DNA of 64,000 bases from Acidobacteriota bacterium (GTDB taxonomy: Bacteria; Acidobacteriota; UBA6911; RPQK01; JADFOI01). Positions 37,515 through 47,897 of this stretch are shown here, one piece after another (positions within the stretch are counted from its first letter, which is position 1; each line of letters starts with the position of its first letter). The position numbers and the translations under genes are program-made. Location of the stretch: assembly GCA_963663035.1 (NCBI GenBank), contig OY760074.1:224001-288000 (forward strand), read 5' to 3'. The notes beneath the pieces are model-generated. The model searched no databases. It was not told where the DNA came from and saw only the letters and a list, made by a program, of their open reading frames with translations.

Positions 37515-39050
37515 ATTGCTGGAAGTTCTCTTACCTTTGACGAGGATTTTGACGTCATCGTGGTCGGCTACGGCTATGCCGGGGCCATCACGGCCATCGA
37601 AGCGGCCAAGGCCGGAGCCCAGGTCCTGCTCACCGAGAAGATGCCAACCCCCGGCGGCATCTCGATTTGTTCAGGCGGAGCCGTGCGCAGCGCGCACGAT
37701 GCCAATGAGGCCTTTGCTTACCTCAAGGCCACCTGCGGAGGGCGTACCCCTGACGATGTGCTGCGCGTTCTGGCCGACGGTTTCGCGGCTGCCGAGGACT
37801 ATGTTCGCCTGCTTGCCGAGGGCACGGGTGCAGTCATCAGCACCCGCGAGAAGGGAGGTAACTATCCCTTTCCGGGGGTCAACACTTTTTACCACACCAA
37901 CATCGACGATCTGCCGGGCCTGGACGAGAGCTACTACCCGCATGTCTGCGCTCGGCCATCAGCAAACGGCTGGCGCCTCTTCAAGGTTCTGGAGGACAAC
38001 GTCGCCCGCCACAAGAATATCCAGGTTCGGCTGGAAATGCCGGCCAAGAGGCTGATCTCCAACGGAAAGAAGGAAGCGCTGGGCGTGACCTTCGAGACCA
38101 GGGACGGCCCACGACATGTCAAGGCGCGGCGGGGAGTTATCCTGGCCTGCGGTGGCTTCGAGGCCAATGAGGAGATGAAGCGACAGTATTGGGAGAAGGG
38201 GCCGGTGCTCACCGCCACCTCGAGAGCCAACACGGGAGACGGCATCCGCATGGCCCAGGATCTCGGTGCCGAGCTCTGGCACATGTGGCATTACCACGGA
38301 GCTTACGGGTTCAAGCATCCTGACCCCGACTACCCGGTGGCGATCAGGGTCAAGCGGCTGCCCGACTGGATGCCGGGCCGCGAGGCTACGGCCGGCGTCA
38401 AGATGGTCTGGATCCTGGTGGACCAGTACGGGAAAAGGTATATGAACGAATGCACACCGTATACCCATGACACCGCCCACCGCCGGATGGAGTTCTTTGA
38501 CACGGTGACACAGAGCTTCCCGCGCATTCCTTCCCACATGATCTTCGATGAAGAAGGTCGTGACCTCTACCAGATAGGTGCTCCCACCTACAACGAGCTG
38601 GGCATCGAATTCTCCTGGAGCGAGGACAATCTCAGGGAAGTGGAAATAGGGATCCTGAAACGTGCGGATTCGGTGCAGGAACTGGCCCAGATCATCAAGG
38701 CGGAGCCTGCCCTGCTGGAAGCGACCCTCGTCCGCTGGAACGAACTGTGCCAGCGCGGCCAGGACCAGGACTATGGCCGCCCGCCTGGCACCATGATGTC
38801 TGTGAGCACGCCGCCCTTCTACACGGGCCAGCTGTGGCCCGTGGTCTCGAACACCCAGGGAGGGCCCGTGCACAATACAAAGCAACAGATCATGTCTGTC
38901 TACGCTGAGCCGATCCCCCGGCTTTACTCAGCCGGAGAGCTGGGCAGCGCTTTCGGTTACCTGTATCTCTCGGGCGGCAACATCACCGAATGCTTCGTCA
39001 CCGGGCGCATTGCGGGCCGCGAGGCCGCCGCCCTGAGCCCGTGGGGTTAA
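37515..39050 (+). CDS. FAD-dependent oxidoreductase (flavocytochrome c / KstD / TcuA-like FAD_binding_2)
   Basis: DVIVVGYGYAG, GVILACGGF, NTGDG, NTQGG, IPRLYSAGE. Start uncertain (see findings). Confidence 0.88.
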   Translation: MAGSSLTFDEDFDVIVVGYGYAGAITAIEAAKAGAQVLLTEKMPTPGGISICSGGAVRSAHDANEAFAYLKATCGGRTPDDVLRVLADGFAAAEDYVRLLAEGTGAVISTREKGGNYPFPGVNTFYHTNIDDLPGLDESYYPHVCARPSANGWRLFKVLEDNVARHKNIQVRLEMPAKRLISNGKKEALGVTFETRDGPRHVKARRGVILACGGFEANEEMKRQYWEKGPVLTATSRANTGDGIRMAQDLGAELWHMWHYHGAYGFKHPDPDYPVAIRVKRLPDWMPGREATAGVKMVWILVDQYGKRYMNECTPYTHDTAHRRMEFFDTVTQSFPRIPSHMIFDEEGRDLYQIGAPTYNELGIEFSWSEDNLREVEIGILKRADSVQELAQIIKAEPALLEATLVRWNELCQRGQDQDYGRPPGTMMSVSTPPFYTGQLWPVVSNTQGGPVHNTKQQIMSVYAEPIPRLYSAGELGSAFGYLYLSGGNITECFVTGRIAGREAAALSPWG

Positions 39051-39051
39051 G

Positions 39052-39180
39052 CTTGACTAAGGCAGGTAGGGGCGCACAGCCGTGCTCCCAGAAACCTCTG
39101 TTTGTCAACGGGTTATAGGGCGCACGGCTGTGCGCCCCTACACAAGAAAGCTGGGTCAGCCGACTTTTGCGACACCCTAC
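39052..39180. repeat. GTAG-type REP cluster between convergent genes
   Basis: gtaggggcgcacagccgtgc, tagggcgcacggctgtgcgcccctac, and a terminal ccctac. Confidence 0.7.
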
Positions 39181-39966
39181 TCAGCGCGCGGTGGAGCCGT
39201 CCAGGAAGCCAGCCACGGCGGCGTTGAAGGCTTCCGGATTGTCGAGGTTGGACAGGTGCCCAGCCTCGGGAATGACCTCCAGTTTTGCACCGGCGATGCT
39301 ATCGGCCAGGTGTTGAGCGTGGGAGAGGGGTGTCCGGTCGTCCTGCTCACCCACCACCACCAGCGTGGGGACACTCACCAGTCCCAGCAGTGGATTGACG
39401 TCGGTTGTCAGGACCGCCTTGAGCACTTCGAGGTAGCTCTTTTTGTCGAGCAGCGCTATCATCCCGGCCAATTCCTGGCGTGTCTCCCGCGCCGTCGAGG
39501 GGCGAAGAATTTCTCCCGCGGCCTGCTTTCCAAAGTCTTTCATGGTCAGGTAGTGCAGCGCTTCCTGGATTGCGTAGAGGCGGTCTGATGCCAGAGCGGG
39601 ATCAACCTGGGCAGTGCTGTCGGCCAGTACCAGGGAGCGGACACGCTGGGGCCAGCGAGCGTGGAAGGTCAGGCAAATGGATCCGCCCATGGAGAGCCCA
39701 ATCATGTGAGCGGACTCGATGCCCAGGACATCCAGACCGGCCTTGAGATCATCTGCAGCGTTCTCAATAGAGAAGGGACCGTTGCCCGAGGACTGACCGT
39801 GACAGCGGCAATCGAAAGCCACAGCATCAAACCGGTCACCCAGCTCATCGATCAGGCTACGCCAGACTTGGCCACTCGCAGCCAGGTTGTGGACCAACAC
39901 GGTTGCCGGGCCTTTCCCTTCCCGTATGTAGAACAAGACTTCGCCGTTGGCCTCAATCGTGGGCAT
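39181..39966 (-). CDS. Alpha/beta hydrolase (3-oxoadipate enol-lactonase-like)
   Basis: GLSMGG nucleophile elbow, VVVGEQD, AGHLSNL. Confidence 0.88.
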   Translation of the reverse strand: MPTIEANGEVLFYIREGKGPATVLVHNLAASGQVWRSLIDELGDRFDAVAFDCRCHGQSSGNGPFSIENAADDLKAGLDVLGIESAHMIGLSMGGSICLTFHARWPQRVRSLVLADSTAQVDPALASDRLYAIQEALHYLTMKDFGKQAAGEILRPSTARETRQELAGMIALLDKKSYLEVLKAVLTTDVNPLLGLVSVPTLVVVGEQDDRTPLSHAQHLADSIAGAKLEVIPEAGHLSNLDNPEAFNAAVAGFLDGSTAR

Positions 39967-39970
39967 ATCG

Positions 39971-40996
39971 CTAAAAATATTTATCGATCATCTGCGTGAG
40001 ATCTTGCTGCTCCCGGGCGTCCATTTCAAGGACGCCCTCGACCATGCCCTGGATCTCCTCTCCCGGTAAATAATGAACGTAGAGGTTCCGCCGGGCCGTA
40101 GAAGCAATGAAATCCTCACTCTCCAGGCTCTTTTGAAGGGAGGTGTGCAAGAACTCAACTCGTTGGCTGGGGACTCCCGGAGGGCTGATCACGGCGCGCC
40201 CAATTTTCTCCAAGGCCAGTTCCCACTCCAGCCATTTTCGTGCCTCTTCAGTAATATCGGGGAACTCGAATATTGTGGGCACATCTGGGATTTCCTCCAC
40301 ACGAACGTTGTTGACCACCACCAGTGGAGTGAAGAGCCCGGCCTGGAAAGAATCCAATGCCGGGAGGACTGAAACGCAAAAGGCATGGACCTCGTTGCGC
40401 ATGATGGCCAGCTCTACGTCGGATTTCCCACGATACCCCGCTACCAGGCGGACATTTTCAATTTGTAGAGCTTCCGTGAGCAAGACGGTGCGAATGGAGT
40501 ACATGTCGTATTTGCTCATGGTGCCCAGTTTGAAAGCCGGAAGTGTCTTGAAGGTCTCAAGCGATGGGTCTTCAAAGGTGCCTCCCACCGCTAGAGCCCA
40601 GGAGTCGTAACTGAAGCGGCCCAGCCAGTTAAATTGACGAAGGTCATAGCGGGCGGATTCACTTTCCAGGATTTGATTCACGTAGGGTCCTACGGCAGTG
40701 GCGATTCCGATGGTTAACCCATCCTTTCGGGCCGAATTGTAAAGATAATTGAGAGAAAGGAGTCCTCCTGCTCCCGGCATGTTTCTCACGATGACGGTGG
40801 CTCCAGTGTGTTTTGAGAGCTCGGGAGCCATCATGCGGGCCCAGGCATCGTAGCCGCCCCCCGGGGAAGTCGGAACGATGATCTCCAGTACCCTCCCCCT
40901 GTAAAAATCCTCTGGCGCCAGGGCAGTCGAGTCCTGTTGGCAACCCACTTGCAGCAGCACAATAACCAACGCGGCCCATGGAGAAAATCGCATCAA
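39971..40996 (-). CDS. Tripartite tricarboxylate transporter substrate-binding lipoprotein (TctC-like)
   Basis: IIVPTSPGGGYD, NMPGAGG, DGLTIG, VPT, PPGVP. Confidence 0.88.
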   Translation of the reverse strand: MMRFSPWAALVIVLLQVGCQQDSTALAPEDFYRGRVLEIIVPTSPGGGYDAWARMMAPELSKHTGATVIVRNMPGAGGLLSLNYLYNSARKDGLTIGIATAVGPYVNQILESESARYDLRQFNWLGRFSYDSWALAVGGTFEDPSLETFKTLPAFKLGTMSKYDMYSIRTVLLTEALQIENVRLVAGYRGKSDVELAIMRNEVHAFCVSVLPALDSFQAGLFTPLVVVNNVRVEEIPDVPTIFEFPDITEEARKWLEWELALEKIGRAVISPPGVPSQRVEFLHTSLQKSLESEDFIASTARRNLYVHYLPGEEIQGMVEGVLEMDAREQQDLTQMIDKYF

Positions 40997-41009
40997 TGCT
41001 CCAGTTCAA

Positions 41010-42947
41010 TCAGGTTGGGGACCCACCTAGAAGGATTCCCGGATAGAGGGGTACCGAGAGGAGTTGAACAAACAAGAGATGTATTGTGAGAGAAAGGACG
41101 AGCGCAAGGCTCAGAGACAACAACCAACTCTCCTTGTGTATCCGCAAGTAAACAACGGTAAAGACCGGAAGCACAAAAGTAAATCCTACCAGGTAAATTC
41201 CCAACACGAAGCAAAGGATCGATAGGGAAGCCCGGATGGAAGAGCCATATTGACCAGGACGGAGGTCCGATAGGAATTGTGCCCACCTCAAATGCCTGGT
41301 TTGGGAATAAAGTTCTGTGGAGAGAAGGCCGATCATGGGAATTCCAATGACCCACGGTCCCAACATCGCCCGCGGAGAGTATTGAAGAGAAAGGGCCAGC
41401 CCGGACAGAGAAATGGCGAAGAGCAGGAAGGTGAAGGCGAAGCCAAACACCGAAGTGGAGTCTGAAGAAGCGGGCGCCACACGTTGCCTAGTCCTGTGAG
41501 TATAAACGAGTCCGGCCAGGGTCAAAGCGATCAGAACCATCGACACCGGTCTCAGGAAGAAGGTGCTTCCATAGGCGCCTAAGGAGATGTACAGATTGGT
41601 CTCCACGATCTGGCCCAGGATAAAGCCCAGAAGCAGTGCCGGGAGATTGTAGCCAAGGGCTTTCATGGCCCAGCCGAAGGCTCCCAGAAGCAGCATCATG
41701 AAGAGATCTGAAATGTTTGTCTCGGTACTGAAGGCTCCCACCGTGATCAGGATAAGGATCACGGGAAACAGGATAGGAGCCCGCACGAAGGCAACTTTTG
41801 CCAAGCTGTTTGTGAGGAGCAGAATCAGGATACAGGCCAGTACATTGGCTAAAACCAGGGTCGCAATCAGCGAGAAGACGATATCGGCATGATCGGTCAA
41901 CAGAGCGGGCCCAGGTGTCAGACCCACAATTAAGAAGGCTCCCAACAAGATCGCCATCGAGGCACTTCCAGGAATTCCAAAGGCCAAGGTAGGCAAGAGG
42001 GCACCACCTTCCTTGGCATTGTTGGCGCTTTCGGGTGCGATGACTCCTTCGATATGGCCGGAGCCGAATTCCTGGGAATGCTTTGAAGTTTGTTTCGCAT
42101 AACCATAGGCAACAAAAGGCGCCGTCTCGCCGCCCACGCCTGGAATGATTCCCACCACACATCCAATCGCAGAACAGCGCAGGACCAGCCACCAGTGGCT
42201 CAAAGCGCTTCGGATTCCCTCCACTAGATCCGCCTTGATAGCCGTGCCAGGCCTCTCAACCTGGGCCAGCGCTTTGCCTTTTGTGGCCAAATCCAAGAGG
42301 GTCGGAATTGCGAAGAGCCCCAGAACCAGCGGAATCAGTTTGATGCCGTCGTAAAGGTAGAGGCTGCCAAAAGTAAATCGCGGCACCCCGGTCAGTCCCT
42401 GATAGCCCACGAAAGAAAACAAGATACCCACTCCTCCGGAGACCAGCCCTTTCACAGTAGATTCCCTGGAGATGATGGCGATGAAAGAGAGGGCAAGGAT
42501 CCCGAAAAAAAATGTTTCGGGTGAGCCAAAGACCATCACCACGCTGGAGACCACTGGAATCAGGGCAGCCAGCACGAAAGCCCCGAAGCATCCTCCCAGC
42601 ATGGAGGCGACGAAGGCTGCACCCAGGGCCTGGCCGGACTTTCCTTTTTTCGTTAAGGGAAAGCCATCAATGAGGGTGGCTGCATTGGGTGAAGCCCCTG
42701 GAATATTGAGGAGGATGGCGGTCACGGCTCCCCCCGAGTAGACGACCGAGTGAACCGCCAGCAGGAAGGTCAGAGCATGGACGCGCTCCATGTCATAAAT
42801 CAGAGGGGTGAGAATGGCCAGGGCCACAATCCCGCTGAGACCCGGGAGAATTCCAAACAGGAGGCCGATGACCACCCCGATGACAATGAGCACCAGGATA
42901 TCCGGCTGAAAAATGGTGAGTGTTCCTGTGACGATGGCTTCAAGCAT
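41010..42947 (-). CDS. TctA permease with fused C-terminal TctB-like domain
   Basis: GILPGL, ILLNIPG, APESANNAKEGG, GIPGS, plus about 150 extra residues with 4-5 TMs ending VPLYPG. Confidence 0.9.
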   Translation of the reverse strand: MLEAIVTGTLTIFQPDILVLIVIGVVIGLLFGILPGLSGIVALAILTPLIYDMERVHALTFLLAVHSVVYSGGAVTAILLNIPGASPNAATLIDGFPLTKKGKSGQALGAAFVASMLGGCFGAFVLAALIPVVSSVVMVFGSPETFFFGILALSFIAIISRESTVKGLVSGGVGILFSFVGYQGLTGVPRFTFGSLYLYDGIKLIPLVLGLFAIPTLLDLATKGKALAQVERPGTAIKADLVEGIRSALSHWWLVLRCSAIGCVVGIIPGVGGETAPFVAYGYAKQTSKHSQEFGSGHIEGVIAPESANNAKEGGALLPTLAFGIPGSASMAILLGAFLIVGLTPGPALLTDHADIVFSLIATLVLANVLACILILLLTNSLAKVAFVRAPILFPVILILITVGAFSTETNISDLFMMLLLGAFGWAMKALGYNLPALLLGFILGQIVETNLYISLGAYGSTFFLRPVSMVLIALTLAGLVYTHRTRQRVAPASSDSTSVFGFAFTFLLFAISLSGLALSLQYSPRAMLGPWVIGIPMIGLLSTELYSQTRHLRWAQFLSDLRPGQYGSSIRASLSILCFVLGIYLVGFTFVLPVFTVVYLRIHKESWLLSLSLALVLSLTIHLLFVQLLSVPLYPGILLGGSPT

Positions 42948-43034
42948 TTTTCACAGCTGTAGTGCCGTCGATGAGGATTTTGATTCTACAATGAATCAGT
43001 CGGAAGGGAAACGTGGGGACAGGAGAGTGGCTAG

Positions 43035-43056
43035 GCGGGATTATGCCTTATTCCGG
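43035..43056. repeat. Degenerate fused-end MITE palindrome
   Basis: ctag-gcgggattatgccttattccgg-ctac. Confidence 0.55.
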
Positions 43057-43691
43057 CTACACCGGATCAAAGGCCGGTAGTACCGTGCCGGTATCCTCTG
43101 ATCAACAGCACGGACTGACGGCTGGCTTTGCCTCCTGCCTGATAGCCTGTGAAGCTTCTCATTCAGCTGGTAAAAGTCTTCGGCATCTCTAATGCAGAAG
43201 AAGTCCAGTCGCAAGCGTAGACGCGTGTCCACTGGAATCTCGGGTGCAAGGATCTCGATGGAGTTCATAGAGTAGGTCATGACTTCGTTACTAAAGTGGA
43301 CCTGCATGTTGACAAACAAACTGCAAAGGAGAACGAGCATGGCCATGACGTTAAACAGGACATGATGCTTGGCGAATTGGAAAAGTGTTTCTATTGACTC
43401 TCTGGGACTTGTCCTGCTCAGGATGAAGTTGGCGGCCCACAGGCTGACATAGCCGATTGCCACTACCATGAGTGCCAGGATGCTGAGGTAGGCGAACGCA
43501 TTCATCAGTTCAAAGCCTTTGGTTGCTTCTCGGTAGATGGCGTCTCGGAATGAGGGCGAGATTGCCGCCAGAAGTCTTACCGCCCAGTCCATTGGCGAGA
43601 ATAAACCTTGCCAGACACCATAGGCAAGACTACCTAACAAAAGTACGGCCTTGATGCGCCCCAGAATCAAAAGCTTGTGACCCATTTTCAC
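43041..43691 (-). CDS. Hypothetical membrane protein with an IS-derived 3' end (possibly truncated)
   Basis: Three hydrophobic segments, GAGGTG RBS. The last ~33 codons come from a transposase fragment and a MITE palindrome. Confidence 0.55.
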   Translation of the reverse strand: MKMGHKLLILGRIKAVLLLGSLAYGVWQGLFSPMDWAVRLLAAISPSFRDAIYREATKGFELMNAFAYLSILALMVVAIGYVSLWAANFILSRTSPRESIETLFQFAKHHVLFNVMAMLVLLCSLFVNMQVHFSNEVMTYSMNSIEILAPEIPVDTRLRLRLDFFCIRDAEDFYQLNEKLHRLSGRRQSQPSVRAVDQRIPARYYRPLIRCSRNKA

Positions 43692-43772
43692 TTCACCTCT
43701 CCCTGTATAATCGGTTTGTTACCTTATCCTTAAACTATCGGTTTGTTCTAAAGACTACCTCGTCGACTGAAA

Positions 43773-45152
43773 GAGGTTCCGTCAATAAGTGTGTAAATAG
43801 ACATCAGGCGGCTTTCTCCTGGGTGACTGGGTTGACTGGAACTCCATTGACATATTGGGCTCCTTGGTAGACATCCTTCATCAAGTGGGGAGCCTTCAAA
43901 CGGCGAAATCTCTTCTCAGCGACCAGCAGCATCTTCCAGATGACAGCCCGTGCGTTGGCCACTTTCTTGAACCTTCGAGCAGCATCGGTTCGCAGTCGCA
44001 GAGCAGAGAAGGGAGACTCCACTGGGTTGGTAGTCCGCAGATGTTGCCACTGCTGTTTGGGATAGTTGTAAAACGTCACCATCCGCTCCCAGTCCTGGTC
44101 GATCAGATCAGCCGCTGCCTCCAGGCCTCTCTTGCTACACCAATGTTGGAATCGTCCTTTGACTCGCTCGGCTTCCTGCCGTGTTTCTGCATAAGGGATC
44201 TGCCGCAACATCAACAAGGCCGCTTTGTGCCGACTCTTGGGGATCTTGGCCAGCAAGTTGACGATGCGATGATTCCAGCATCTCTGCTCGTCGGCTTCTG
44301 GGAACACGTTGCGCAACGCTCCCCAGATCCCCAGATGCCCGTCAGCGATCACCAGACGGGGTGGGTTCATCCCCCGCTCTTTGAGATCCCGCAGCACTGC
44401 GGACCAGCTCTGGGTCGATTCTCGATAACCACTACTGACGGACACCACCACTTTAGTGCCATCACTTAAAGCGGCGATCACTACCAGAATCACGGCCTTC
44501 TCCTTCTCCAGCCCTGCTTTGATGTACACGCCGTCCGCCCACAAATACACGACTTCCAGATCATCCAGCCGACGGCTCTGCCAGGCCTCCATTTCTCCCT
44601 GCCACTTCTGTTTCAACCGGGCTACGGTGCTGGGGGACAGCGGCGCTTCTTCCCCTAAAAGCCCTCTCAAGGCCAGATCGAAATCCCCCTCGGCCAGACC
44701 ATGTAAATAGAGTTCTGGAATCAAGTCTCGTACCTCTCGCGTTCGCTTGGCAAACAGCGGCAAGACCCGGCTCTCAAAACGCTCTTCCAGATCCCGCACT
44801 CGGGGACGCCGCAGCTTGATCGTTCCGCAACTCATCGTCAGTCGCCGCTCCTTGCCGTAGCCGTTGCGATAGCCACCGGAGGCGTCCACTTCTCGGCGAC
44901 GCTCATTCTTTCTTCGTCCCAGCAGCTGTGTCACTTCATCCTCCAGCAGTTCCTGTACGTAAAACTGGATCTGCTCTCGCACCCACTCTTCCAGCTGTTC
45001 AAAGCAGACTCTTGACTCCACACTGTGATCAATGTTCTTCTTGCTCATGGCGGTGTGACTCCTTCCTTTCGGGCTCTTCCGCCCGGGTTTTTATTTTCAC
45101 CCGGAAGGATAATCACCGCCTGTGCTATTTACACACCTTTTGAGGGTAGCTC
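43773..45152 (-). mobile_element. IS256-family insertion sequence (1380 bp)
   Basis: 28-bp imperfect IRs ending gtgtgtaaatag, 9-bp duplication CGACTGAAA (43764-43772, 45153-45161). Confidence 0.93.
43804..45048 (-). CDS. IS256-family (mutator-type) transposase
   Basis: YRNGY, PRVRD, WADG, IADGH, QRCWNH, RTTNPVE. Confidence 0.95.
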   Translation of the reverse strand: MSKKNIDHSVESRVCFEQLEEWVREQIQFYVQELLEDEVTQLLGRRKNERRREVDASGGYRNGYGKERRLTMSCGTIKLRRPRVRDLEERFESRVLPLFAKRTREVRDLIPELYLHGLAEGDFDLALRGLLGEEAPLSPSTVARLKQKWQGEMEAWQSRRLDDLEVVYLWADGVYIKAGLEKEKAVILVVIAALSDGTKVVVSVSSGYRESTQSWSAVLRDLKERGMNPPRLVIADGHLGIWGALRNVFPEADEQRCWNHRIVNLLAKIPKSRHKAALLMLRQIPYAETRQEAERVKGRFQHWCSKRGLEAAADLIDQDWERMVTFYNYPKQQWQHLRTTNPVESPFSALRLRTDAARRFKKVANARAVIWKMLLVAEKRFRRLKAPHLMKDVYQGAQYVNGVPVNPVTQEKAA

Positions 45153-45230
45153 CGACTGAAATGATCGGTTTGCTAGTCGACGAATCTGAACGGCAGAAGA
45201 GTAGACTGCTGAGTAGCTACCCTTCTGGAC

Positions 45231-45464
45231 TTAAACGGCTTGTCTACTGACGAGTTGCTCAACTGGACGAGACGCGGCCTGATACGTGCTGTCATCCAAG
45301 GGCCACGGTTCAAGCCAAAGCTCTCCAACATTCTGGCCGGAGAACAGTTTCTCCGTCATCTGCTGTGAGAGTTTTGCTACTTCTTCTGTGGATCCATTCG
45401 ATCTTAGCGACAGGAACTTAATCTCCCCTTCGACATCAGCTAGAACTAGATATTTATTTGACAT
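45231..45464 (-). CDS. Small hypothetical protein
   Basis: 77-aa ATG ORF in otherwise unassigned lower-GC DNA, no motif recognised. Confidence 0.3.
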   Translation of the reverse strand: MSNKYLVLADVEGEIKFLSLRSNGSTEEVAKLSQQMTEKLFSGQNVGELWLEPWPLDDSTYQAASRPVEQLVSRQAV

Positions 45465-45670
45465 GCCAAACTAATAAGCAAGTTCTGTTCCAAAGTGTAG
45501 AAGTATCGGTAATGCTTGCCCAGCAGCCAGCATTTCTGGGCTTTTCAAAGGAGTTCAAGCACTTCCCCAGTGGCTGGTAAAATGACCGAAAGTGTCAACG
45601 CAGGTTTACACCGGTTAATCTGCGGAAACAGCGCGCAGGCCTAGCCGAGCACGCTCCGCGCGCCTTCCAG

Positions 45671-45768
45671 GTTTGGGATTTGGGATTTGTTTGGGATTTG
45701 GAATCTCCGACTGTCAGCTGTCAGTTGTCAGCGTTTCGCCGGTCAGCCGGTCAGCCGGTCAGCCGGTC
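45671..45768. repeat. Cluster of short tandem repeats
   Basis: TTTGGGA units, (C/T)TGTCAG x3, GCCGGTCA x~4. Confidence 0.8.
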
Positions 45769-46753
45769 CAGGGGCAGGCCACGGCGCGCCCGTTCTTTAT
45801 TTCCAGAACCGGGTCTTCTTCCGAACAGGAAGGGCGGGCTATGGGGCATCGGGTGTGAAAGCTGCATCCAGAGGGTTTTCGGATTGGATTCGGTACATCC
45901 CCCTCCAGACGGATCCGCTCCTCATGGGTTGCCAGCGGGTCTGGACGGGGAACCGCCGAGAGCAGGGCCTGGGAATAGGGATGCAAAGGGTTTTTGTAAA
46001 CACTCTCGCCCTGGCCCAGTTCCACGATGTTTCCCAGATACATGACCGCTATTCGATCTGAGATGTGACGCACCACCGATAGGTCGTGAGCAATGAAGAT
46101 ATAGGAGAGATTGAACTCTTCCTGCAGGTCCTGCATCAGATTGACCACCTGAGCTTGAATGGACACATCCAGTGCGCTGACCGGCTCGTCCGCTATGACA
46201 ATTTCGGGATTCGTCGACAGCGCCCGGGCGATGCCGATGCGCTGGCGTTGTCCACCGGAAAACTCATGGGGATAGCGAGCGGCGTGCTCGCCCGCCAAAC
46301 CCACCTTTTCCAGCAGCCAGACCACCTTATCGCGGCGTTCACTGGCAGAAAAGTCGGAATGGATTTTGAGAGGCTCCCCCACAATCTGACCGACCGTCAT
46401 GCGCGGGTTGAGCGAGGAATAGGGATCCTGAAAAATCATCTGAATAGCGGAGCGGTAAGGACGCATCTGCGACCGGCTTAAGCTGGTGAGGTCCACACTC
46501 TCTCCGCCATGGTGATAGAGGATCTCACCCGAGATCTCAACACCATAACTCATGGCATGCAGGATGTTGACGATGGCGCGGCCCACCGTGCTCTTGCCGC
46601 AGCCCGACTCTCCGACCAGGCCCAGGGTCTCACCTTTGAGAAGATCAAAGCTCATGCCGTCGACGGCCTTTACCTCGGCAATCTTGCGCAGCAGGACCCC
46701 CCCGAAAACGGAAAATCGAACGCGGAGATCCTTGACCTCGAGAATCTTCTCCA

Positions 46754-46754
<1 letters not shown>
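45759..46754 (-). CDS. Peptide ABC transporter ATPase (OppF/DppF-like)
   Basis: [31 protein letters not shown]. Confidence 0.95.
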
Positions 46755-47755
<1,001 letters not shown>

Positions 47756-47777
47756 AAACGCGCAAGAGGCAAACCTG

Positions 47778-47851
47778 CCCGCAGGCTAAAGCCTGCGGCT
47801 CTGATCGGAAGAAACGAGGAACAGTCAGAGCCGTGGGCTTTAGCCCACGGG
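47778..47851. repeat. Inverted REP doublet (TCAGAGCCGYRGGCTTTAGCCYRCGG family)
   Basis: Two inverted palindromic units. Same family at 16749-16797, 52050-52076 and 53263-53289. Confidence 0.85.
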
Positions 47852-47897
47852 CCATCTTGACCAGGCGACTTCTGAATGATCCGGGCGCTGAGAATTA

